NCBI GenBank assembly: GCA_963777365.1
Contig: CAVZQG010000013.1
Coordinates: 9,600-73,599, forward strand
Direction: 5' to 3'
Length of the DNA stretch: 64,000 nucleotides
Source of the DNA: Vulcanimicrobiota bacterium
GTDB lineage: Bacteria > Vulcanimicrobiota > Vulcanimicrobiia > Vulcanimicrobiales > Vulcanimicrobiaceae
Part shown: in pieces, positions 39,953-48,789 of the stretch
Position numbering within the stretch: the first letter of the stretch is position 1
Layout: every line of letters begins with the position of its first letter
Made by a program: the position numbers and the translations under genes
Notes under the pieces: model-generated
Seen by the model: only the letters and a program-made list of their open reading frames with translations
What the model was told of the DNA's origin: nothing
The model's database searches: none

Positions 39953-40501
39953 CTATCGGCGGGCCGAAGCCTTGGCTTTCTTTTGAGATTTCAAGAAGTA
40001 GACCAGCACACGCTTTTCTTCGCGGAAGCCGACCAAATTCTTGGATTGAGCCGGATCGCGAAGCGCTTCGATGGCCGTCTCAACCATTTCTTCCTGCAGC
40101 GCCGGATCTTCGTCCGGGTGCTCGTCGGGAACCGCGTTGCGAACCAGCGCTCCGGCGAACCGTGCGGTAAACAGGCCCGTAAGCATAGCCAGCTCGTCCT
40201 TCGTGAACGTCTCGAGATCGCGAGTGACGTGTACGAAACTCATCGGCCGATCGGATTCGCAATCGACTTTGACTTGGCCGCGCTCACCCAGCAGCGCGAG
40301 AAATCCCTCGACATGCGACTCGATCTCCTCGAGCAGGACGCGCTGCGTGGCCTTGTCCAGGCGCTGCATGACCGCAAACGAGAACTGCACCGTCCCTTCA
40401 CCGGGCGTGCAGCGCATAGACGCGATCTCCGGATAGCGCACAAGCAGTGCGCACACCAGACTCACGGTATCGCTATTTTCGGCCGGCAAACGGGCACTCA
40501 T
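39953..40501 (-). CDS. Hypothetical protein (182 aa, Lys-rich tail)
   Basis: Intact ORF co-directional with ymdB-spoVS. No domain recognised. Confidence 0.5.
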   Translation of the reverse strand: MSARLPAENSDTVSLVCALLVRYPEIASMRCTPGEGTVQFSFAVMQRLDKATQRVLLEEIESHVEGFLALLGERGQVKVDCESDRPMSFVHVTRDLETFTKDELAMLTGLFTARFAGALVRNAVPDEHPDEDPALQEEMVETAIEALRDPAQSKNLVGFREEKRVLVYFLKSQKKAKASARR

Positions 40502-40850
40502 GACTTTCTCCCCAGATTACTTCCGCGGGGCGGGGTCGCGATTATTAGACGTGGGTGTAAGAGCACCCCTTTGACCTTCTGCCCCATTGAACACCGCGGC
40601 CCCATACGCCCGGGATGCGACTATCGGCCTATGGCTTTGCTCTTTGTTGACCAGGCAAGCATACCAGCGGCCTCTCGCCTCTCCGGCGGCCGGACGGTAA
40701 GATGACTAACAGTCGGTCTATCGGCGGACCTTAGTTCGATATGCGCATAAGGGCTTTTGTCCCTGTTGAAGCAGCCGTGCTGCCCTGGTTCATGAATGCT
40801 AACCCTCGTTACGATGAGCGTGTGATCTCGTAGCGAGGAATAGGGTTACA

Positions 40851-41875
40851 ATGCGCATTTCCCGGCTTTCTTCAGGCATAGCCATTACCATCGCACTCTC
40901 CATCTTGACGGCTTGCGGAGGAGGCGGAGGCGGCTCGACCCCAAACGTCCCGAATCCGACAAACCCGCCGGGTGGTGCCACCAGGACCGACTGCGACGCC
41001 GGCTCCGGTACAGACGAGTTCGTCTTCACCGGCGACCCCAAAGCCGACACCGACGCCGATAGCCACGCTCGCGCCGACGCCGACTCCGAGACCGACCCTT
41101 GCGCCGACACCCACGCCCACACCCATGCCGACGGCAACACCCACGCCGAGCGGCGGGGGCAACAGCAGTAAGTCGGTGGGCGTCGGAAACGGTCAGATCA
41201 ACGGTCAGAACCCGGCCTTTACGGGCGGCATTGGAACGGTTACCGGAACGGGCGACTATCCGGCCGGAGGCCACGGCCCGCTGGACTCGACCTTCGGCGC
41301 CGCGTCGATACCTTGTCTGGAAACCATGTACGGCGGGGCCCCGACCGGCCCGGGTATACACGTCCACGCGTTTCTCGGGATCATGTTCAACGGCAAACAG
41401 ATGGCGCTCCCAGCCGGGATTGGAATCGCCAATCCGGCCGCTCCCGGGAACCTTCGCCGGAATCAACAATTGGATTGACTTCGCAGTCGGCCCGGGCTGC
41501 TTCTATCAGATGCATGTGCACGATTTCAGCGGGCTGATCCACATTGAAGGTTTCACCGCGCCCCCCGGCGGCTTCAGGGGCACGCTATACACACTCGGAG
41601 ATTTTCTGGGGCTCTGGGGCGTTCCGGTCGATCAATTAAACGGCGTCGTCGGTCCGTTCATGGGTAATAGGCCGCTCACGATCTACACGTCGGGTCCGGT
41701 CGCGCGAGGCGGCCCCGGTACAGGCGGTTTCCTGGGTTCAAGCACCTACACGCTGTTCACGGGCGACATGAATTCGATCCCGCTCTACTCGCACGAGGCG
41801 ATCTGGATTCTCATCGGTACCGGAAACCCAACCGGCAACAAACTTCCGAACGTCGATTTCTTCACGGAGTACTAG
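40851..41875 (+). CDS. Lipoprotein with Pro/Thr-rich linker and a C-terminal HxH...HxHD domain of unknown function, 2 frameshifts (~40975, ~41450)
   Basis: Lipobox ALSILTACGGGGGG. A PT-rich linker lies in the frame of ORF 40972..41478. Domain: GGHGPLDS...IPC...GIHVHAFLGIMFNGKQMALPAGIG...CFYQMHVHDFSGLIHIEG...YTLGDFLGLWG. It is a paralogue of 49817..50578. Confidence 0.55.
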
Positions 41876-41904
41876 GGCCGCAGCGCTGGACGGAAATAAC
41901 CAGG

Positions 41905-41935
41905 TGAGGGGCGGGCATCCGCCCCTCATTTCTTG
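41905..41935 (+). terminator. Rho-independent terminator
   Basis: TGAGGGGCGG-gcat-CCGCCCCTCA 10-bp stem followed by TTTCTTG. Confidence 0.6.
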
Positions 41936-42487
41936 AAAAACCCCACTGTGAAACGGCCGCTTCCGCTCTGGCTTGCCGCCGTCGTTCCGTCCACGCTGGC
42001 GGGACACGGCTTCGCCTATGCGCTTGCCGGCCAAAGCGCCGCCGATGGACGACATGCGTGGCTGCTTCCCATGCTCGAATGTTCACTCGCACTGCTGATC
42101 GCCGTTTCGCTGATCCGGACGCACGAATCGCTCTTGAAGGCGCGCGTGCTCATGCATACGCCCGCGGAACGATCGGTTGCCGCGCTTTGGTGTCGACTCG
42201 CCTTCTCGCAAATCGCACTGTTCAGCGTCATCGAACAGCTCGAAGGTTCGCATATCAGCCTGACCGGAATCCTGGTTCAACTTTGCCTGGCTGCCGTTAT
42301 CGCCTGCGTTCTCGCGGCTTTTGCGCGGTTGATGATCGAATGCGCGCGCGGCACGCGCTTGGCCGGCATATACTTGCTGCGTTTGCGGCAAGGCGTCAAT
42401 TCGTTCGCTTCACGGCGCCCGGCGCCAATCGCGTATGCACTGGCCGTCCGCGCCGGAACCTCACGTTTCCAGCGCCCGCCTCCATAA
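41933..42487 (+). CDS. Four-TM membrane protein of unknown function (paralogue of 45732..46298)
   Basis: TM segments LWLAAVVPSTLAGHGFAYAL, WLLPMLECSLALLIAVSLI, LWCRLAFSQIALFSVIEQL and ILVQLCLAAVIACVLAAF, with conserved His residues. The start could also be the GTG at 41948. Confidence 0.5.
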   Translation: MKNPTVKRPLPLWLAAVVPSTLAGHGFAYALAGQSAADGRHAWLLPMLECSLALLIAVSLIRTHESLLKARVLMHTPAERSVAALWCRLAFSQIALFSVIEQLEGSHISLTGILVQLCLAAVIACVLAAFARLMIECARGTRLAGIYLLRLRQGVNSFASRRPAPIAYALAVRAGTSRFQRPPP

Positions 42488-42541
42488 GGACGACGCCTCG
42501 ATCCATTCTTCGACCGCGCTTTCCCGAATCGGAGGTTCCCC

Positions 42542-44306
42542 TTGCGTTTTCTCGTTGCAAGCGTTCGCGCATTGTGCGCGGCCGCGTTCGTGATACTAGC
42601 GATGCCGGCAGCAGGCTTTGGCTATCCCCGTCTTTGCCAACGGTCAGGGCATCTCGTGCGAGGTCTGCCACACGACCTTCCCCGGCATGACGCGATACGG
42701 CATGTCGGTGATGATGACGAATTTTCAGATCCTCAACCGGCATCTTCAGGACGGCGCTCTTCCCATCGCCGCGCGCATATACATTACCTCGCTCTTTGCC
42801 AACAAGGATCATCCCGGCTCGACGCAGGTCGATGATCTCTCGCTGCTGGGCGGCGGTTTTCTCGGAAAGAATTTCACCTGGTACGCCGAGCAGCACTTCA
42901 TCGATAGTGGCGTAATCGGCGATACGGAGCAGCTGTGGCTCTCGTGGAACGGTTTGCTGCACGGGACCAACTCGCTTCAAGTCGGGAAGTTCCATACGCC
43001 CTTCCCGTTCATGCCTGCGCACGCTTGGACTATCAGCGATTATCTGCTCGCCGATCAAACCACCGGCCAGAATGACTTCAACGAGGAAGATGCGCGCTGG
43101 GGCGTTGCCTTCAACGGCATGTCGAACGAGTTCATGTACAATTTTTCGTGGGTTACCGGGAGCGGGCCCACCGGCGATGCGCTCGACTACAATCCGACGA
43201 TAAATCCGCAAGCGCTCGATTTAAACGTCTCCTATGGCGGGATGATGATTCCGTGGTCGGTCGGAGTGGTCGGAATGCTCGGACATTCGCCCGTGCACGA
43301 CACGCAAACGAACGACTTCCTTTTTACCAACGCCTTCTCTCGCGAAGGCCTGTATTTGGCCTATCAGGACCCGGCCTGGCATTTTCAGACGATGTACTTT
43401 CACGGGTTCGACAATCAGCCGGACGTCGGCGAATTCAACGTGCCGCTGAACGGATTCTTTTTCGAAGTCGAACGCGATCTCGGATGGCGCAACCACATCG
43501 CCGTGCGGTACGACGTCGCTTCGAGCGATACGCTGAACCGGCAAGTCATCATCGATCTCTCGCACAATGTGTTGCCGAACCTTGCCCTCATCGGCGAGGC
43601 CGCGGGATATCCGCTGGCCCGCCCGGCATTCGCATTTCGCATTCAATATGCCGGACCTTATGAAACCGGGAACCGCTACTTGTCCAACTTACACGTTGTC
43701 TCGGCGAATAATCTCGGTGCGGTTGAACCCGCGAAGACCGTTGCCGTGGCGAACGTGGCTGCCTCGCCATCGCCGCAACCTGCCGCCGGTGATGCCAACG
43801 CGGGCGCCAAACTCGTTCAGGCCAACGGCTGCGCCGGCTGTCACGGTGCGAATCTCAAGGGCGGCGGCGTCGGGCCGGCGCTCTACGGCATCGAACACAA
43901 GCTCGCAAGCGCACAGATCGCCGATTTCATCAAAAATCCGCGGGCACCGATGCCGAACTTCGGTTTCAGCGATGCGCAAATCAGCGACATCATCGCCTAT
44001 CTGAGCGGTCTTGACGGCGGTGCGAATAGCCAGGCTCCGGTCGTAACGTTCGATCCGGCGACGCCGACCGACATCGCGACGATCACCGTGCGCTTCCCCG
44101 GAACTCCGCCCAAGGACGTGAGCGTTCTTCCGATCATGCAAATGGGCAAGAGCACCATGCAGACGCGTCTCGTACACCTCACGCCGTCTTCGAGCGACCC
44201 GAACACATTCACGGGAAAGGTCGTTTTCTCGATGGGCGGTCCCTGGACGGTCAAGGTTCAGTACGATGGAAACACCCTCGACGTGCCGCTGAACGTAGGG
44301 CAGTAG
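42542..44306 (+). CDS. Fusion protein: signal peptide + N-terminal CxxCH haem motif + about 350-aa beta-barrel-like region + class I cytochrome c domain + YtkA/FixH-like Ig-type domain (Cyc2-like fused cytochrome-porin architecture); 1 frame break in the signal peptide (~42615)
   Basis: SD GGAGG lies 6 nt before the TTG at 42542. Signal MRFLVASVRALCAAAFVILAMPAAG. CEVCH is at 42657-42671. The middle part is aromatic-rich with an alternating pattern and ends in an OMP-like last strand, RPAFAFRIQYAGPY. After the linker SPSPQPAAGD come CAGCH at 43830-43844 with a downstream PRAPMPNFG, and then ...MGGPWTVKVQYDGNTLDVPLNV. The barrel assignment is inferred, not computed. Confidence 0.6.
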
Positions 44307-45735
44307 TGCGCCGATCGCGATTCCTGCACAGCGGCTTTGGCGCGATGATTGCCGCGGCGTTGCCGCCGATGCCGGCATTCGCGCTTGGAAACGACGTGCT
44401 GGACTATACGCTGACGGCCACGCCTCTGCGTTTCTCACCGGTCGCCGGCGTTGAACTGGCGGGACTCGCATTCAACGGCACGATACCGGGCCCGGTGCTG
44501 CGCGTGCGTCACGGTCAACGTTTGCGCGCGAAGTTCGTGAATCAAAGCGGGGAACCGGCGACGATCCATTGGCACGGCATGATTCTGCCCAACAACATGG
44601 ACGGCGTCGAAGGCGTTACGCAAAAGGCGGTCCCGAGCGGGCGGGTCGTTCTTGTACGAGTACACGCCGGATCCGCCGGGCACGCGCTGGTATCACGATC
44701 ACATTAGCGACGGCTTTGCGCGGGGACTCTTCGGTCTGATCATCGTGGAAGATCCCAAAGACGAACCCGCGGATGCGGAGTTCGCGTTGGTGTTTCACGA
44801 CGTCCCCAAACTTGCGAGCATTCAGAGCTGCCATGGACGGCACGAGTCCCGCCCCAATGGTCGATCCGATCGGCTCACCTGAAATGACGGAGATGAAGCC
44901 GGACGACAAGATGGGCGACGAAGTTTCGTATCTCGCCCATTGCATCAACGGGCGTTCGTATCCCGATACGCAAAAGCTCGCGGTGAAGGTCGGCCAGCGC
45001 GTGCGGCTGCGCATTCTCAATGCCAATCCCACGCAGACGCGATACGTACGCCTAGCGGGACATCGACTAACCGTCACGCACAGCGATGGGAATCCATTAC
45101 CTCGCCCAATTGAGGTGGACGCACTGCGAATCGGCGTCGGCGAGCGGTACGACGCGTGGTTCGAGGTAAGCAAACCCGGCTCGTGGCTGCTGCAAGGCCT
45201 CGCGAGCGATCCGCTCGCTTATCAGCAGGCAGCGGTCGTCTTTACACCCGGACTGGAAGCCGCCTCGCCGATGAGCAGTCCGCAAACGCTCGACGGCGTT
45301 GATTTCTTTACGTATCAAAAAGCAGGCGCTGCCGGCAATGCGGCTATGTCACAAACGCGGCCTACGCGCTCATTTGATTTTAAGATTGCCGGTGGAGAAT
45401 GGGGCAGCAACAAATGGACGCTCAACGGCAAAACCTATCCCAATACGCAGAAACTTTACGTCGATCGAAACGATCTCGTTGAGGTGCACTTCAAGAACAC
45501 CACGGATATGGACCACCCGATGCACCTTCATGGCCACGTTCTGCAGCTCACCGAAGTAGACGGCGAGGGCTTGGCGGCTCCGCTTCTCAAGGACACGACC
45601 CTGGTCCGCGCCTACACCGGAACGGTCACCTGGCGTTTTCGCGCCGACTCGCCTGCCGGACGTTGGCTGTTGCACTGCCACAACGAGATACATATGATGG
45701 ACGGGATGATGACCGAGGTCGTATACCGCTCGTGA
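44306..45735 (+). CDS. Multicopper oxidase with twin-arginine signal, 2 frameshifts (~44640, ~44825)
   Basis: Tat motif MRRSRFLHSG. Copper ligand motifs HWHG, WYHDH, HPMHLHGH and HCHNEIHMMDGMM. The GTG start overlaps the upstream TAG by 1 nt. Confidence 0.85.
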
Positions 45736-46298
45736 ACCTAAAGGCGCGCGCCTTTGTTGCCGCAACGCTATTGGGATTGCCCGTAGCGCTGCTGGCGCAC
45801 GCGCTGGTTTTCGGCGGTCAACATGCGGCCGGCGGGGCGTCTCAACAGTTTAGTCGTCGGTTCGGCCTCGTTCGCGCTACTGCTGATCATCGCGCTGCAT
45901 TCACAGGAACTCGTTCAGGGCAGCGTACTGGCGGCGCGCTTGCGCGCGCAGCGGCCGGGCTTCGCGTCTCTGACGGTCTCCGGCAGCGTCTTGGTTCGCG
46001 ATCATCGAACTCAGCGAACGCAGCCACGCCATTCACATTGCTTGCGGTCGCAGCGGCGATCGTAATCGCATGCGTCGTAGTCCGCGCTGCCGTCAGCGCG
46101 ATCGCGCGTTCAATTGCCGCGGTCGCGGTCGTCCTCTCAGCGGTCGGCCGGCATATTGCCGCGCTCGTGCGAACTCGCGTTTTCCTGCGGCACGGTGCGC
46201 CGCTTCGCTGTCTGCTCGTTCGCGCATACACGGCGGCTGTTCTCACGCCCGCCGCCCGTCCTTTCCTAAACATTTCTCGAAACTTCTCGTTCGTTTAG
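45732..46298 (+). CDS. Membrane protein, paralogue of 41933..42487, at least 2 frame breaks
   Basis: The GTG overlaps the MCO stop (GTGA). VAATLLGLPVALLAHALVFGGQHAAGG... and ...AIIELSERSH... parallel AGHGFAYAL and SVIEQLEGSH of the upstream paralogue. A hydrophobic C-terminal part lies in another frame. Confidence 0.4.
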   Translation: MNLKARAFVAATLLGLPVALLAHALVFGGQHAAGGASQQFSRRFGLVRATADHRAAFTGTRSGQRTGGALARAAAGLRVSDGLRQRLGSRSSNSANAATPFTLLAVAAAIVIACVVVRAAVSAIARSIAAVAVVLSAVGRHIAALVRTRVFLRHGAPLRCLLVRAYTAAVLTPAARPFLNISRNFSFV

Positions 46299-46308
46299 GA
46301 AAGGTTCC

Positions 46309-48723
46309 ATGTCTAAAATTGTTGCGGCATTGCTTGCCGCTTTCATACTGTTTTGCGGCGTTGCCCGCAGCCGCCGCCACCGACGGACTCGTGCGCGGCA
46401 CCATTCTGGTAAACAATAAACCTGAGGCGGGCGTGAACGTCGCGCTGACCGGCGAGGGATCGCTGCTCACGACCAAAACCGACGCGCCGGCAATTACGTC
46501 TTCTCCACAAGTCCCGTTCGGCGACTACATGCTCTCCGCGTCGTATCCGCCGGCGTACCCGAAAAGAAGCTGCCGGTTACCGTCGCATCCGATCAGGTCC
46601 TGACCGTGAACTTCGCGCTCGGCGAGACTGAAAACGATTGCGAATCTCAGCTCGTACTGCGCACGGCGGCGCATCGGGCACACCCGTTCGCCGTCAACGT
46701 GCTGGGGCGGCAGCAAATCTCCGCGCTTGCCGGTGAACAACAGCCTGAATCAGCTCGTCACGACCGTACCGGGTATCGTGCGTTTCTCGTACAACGAGCC
46801 GGTCGCCCATGGTTTCCACGGCGTCACGTACGAAATCGACGGCGCGCCGATGCCGCTGGCAACCAGTTCGAACTTCGCCGAGATCATGGATCCGAAGAAC
46901 ATCGATTCGCTCGAAATCTTCACCGGCGCCATGCCGGCAGAGTACGGCGGCAGCCGGCAAGGCGCCGTCATCAATATCCAGTCGAGCCGTGCGTAGCGAT
47001 CTCACCGTTCCCTATCAAGGGTACGTCAGTTTGGGTGCGGGAAATTACGGCCAAGCAGTGGCGAGCTTCAACAACGAAGTCAAGACCGGCAAGACCGAAG
47101 TATTCTTCACCGCCAATACGCAGCACGGCGATCGCGGCCTCGACGCTCCGACCTACACGCAAATGCACGACAGCGCCTCGCGAGTCGGATCGAATTTCTG
47201 CGCACGATAACGAATTTCAGCAATCGCGAATCGCTCGCGTTTGACTTCTCCAATCAACTCGCGCAGTTCCAGATTCCGATCAACACCAACCCGAACGACG
47301 CGGCGGACCCAACCTTCGCCGTACCCGGTACCGACGACGTCCAGCGCGAGTACGATCGCCTCGCGAGTTTGAATTTCACGCTGACTTCGAAGGACGGGAA
47401 CGGCGTTTTCCAGATCATTCCCTGGGTTCGCTCGACGCGCATTGCGTACGACGGCGATTTGGAAAAGGACGTGCTTGGCTTGACCAATCTGGGCCCCGAC
47501 TCGAACGACCCGAGCCTGTTCGACTATCAGTCAGCCATCGGATTGAAGCAGGATCGAAAGGCCGATTACACCGGCATTCGGCTCTCGCAATTTCGCGCGA
47601 CCAAGCATCACGCGTTCAAGGTCGGCCTCGACGCAAGCCGCGAGATCTTCACCGGTGCCGAGACGTTCGCGTGCTACGATCCGTCATGCAACACCGTTGT
47701 CAACAGCTTCCCCTTCCGCCGCCCACGAACCTCACGTTTGTCGGCTCGAACCAGGATCAGGCCGGACGCAGATAGGTGCGTACGTTGAGGACAAATGGAC
47801 GCCGACGCAGCAGTTGTCGTTCAACTACGGTTTGCGGTACGATCATTCCACGGGTTACACCAGCGGCAATCAGATAAGTCCTCGAATCGGCGTCAACTAC
47901 GCGGCCGGACGACAAGAACGTGCGTTCACGTGTATTATGGACGGTTTTATGCCGCGCCGCAGCTCGAGGATGTTCGCGCGGACTGCGTCGTGCTTCAGGG
48001 TTGCCCGAGCACGCCGGTCTACGATCTGAAACCCGAAACCGATTCGTATTTTGAGATGGGCTTGGCGCACACGTTCTCGCCGACGCTTCGCGGCTACGTG
48101 AATGCGTGGCAGCGCAACGCCAGCAACGTTCTGGACACGACGCAACTGCTGAATACGCCGCTCTTTGCCGTCTTCAATAACTCGATCGGGCGCGCCGACG
48201 GCGTAGAATTGCGTCTGGAAGGGAACGTGACGCCGCGCGACTCCTGGTTCCTTTCGGGTTCGGTGGGTGTGTCGCAAGCCGCGGGCATCTCCGGTTCGAC
48301 GTTCCTATTCCCGCCCGGCTCGTCGGGCGGTACGACCAATGAACTCATCTCGCAACTCCAGCCGGAAGATCACGATCAAACTGTTGCAGCTCAACGCGCG
48401 CGTTCACGCACCGCTGGGGCACGAACCAGGCCTTTTACACGCAGCCTGCAAGGCGATGTACGGAACCGGCTATCCGGTCGCGTTCGAGGGCTTCGTCAAT
48501 GGGGCACCGGTCGCGTTCGAGCGGCCGTTTACCGACGCATTTGCTCGCGAATTGGTCGATCGGGAGAAACGCGGGGCGCAACGGCGATCGTTCGCTGGGC
48601 TTCGATCTGAATGTCCAGAACCTGCTCAACCATCAGTACATCATCAAGATCGCCAACGGGTTCAACACGACGCAAATCGCATCCGGCCGAAACATTCTGC
48701 TTCGTGTGACCGCTCCGTTCTAG
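46309..48723 (+). pseudogene. TonB-dependent-receptor-like outer-membrane protein with carboxypeptidase-regulatory-like N-domain; frame broken about 8 or more times
   Basis: Signal MSKIVAALLAAFILFCGVA. GLVRGTILVNNKPEAGVNVALTGEGSLLTTKTDA.... Plug region ...VPGIVRFSYNEPVAHGFHGVTYEIDGAPM...IDSLEIFTGAMPAEYGGSRQGAVINIQS. Barrel pieces lie in many frames, with a terminal ...GRNILLRVTAPF*. Confidence 0.65.
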
Positions 48724-48731
48724 ACGCTTGC

Positions 48732-48775
48732 TCCCATCCGGCGGCCCGGGCAGGGCGCCCAGCCGCCGGATGGGA
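48732..48775. other. Long intergenic stem-loop (14-bp perfect stem) without a T-tract
   Basis: TCCCATCCGGCGGC ... GCCGCCGGATGGGA with a 16-nt GC-rich loop that can add GGGC/GCCC pairs. It lies between the receptor-like gene and hldD. Confidence 0.6.
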
Positions 48776-48789
48776 ACCTAGCGCGCTGG

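Noticed and set aside
40502-40850. A 350-bp intergenic region containing GAAGCAGCC and ACCAGGGCAG strings reminiscent of SRP RNA helix 8, plus a GCAGC-CGU-GCUGC hairpin.
   Set aside because: There is no GNRA tetraloop closed by the expected stem, and the symmetric and asymmetric loop context is absent. It is most simply the promoter and 5' UTR of the 40851 lipoprotein gene.
40960-41165. A low-complexity GACACC/GACGCC-rich nucleotide repeat region.
   Set aside because: It translates in the correct frame to a Pro/Thr-rich linker (TPTPTPRPTLAPTPTPTPMPT) of the lipoprotein. It is a coding low-complexity linker, not a separate repeat element.
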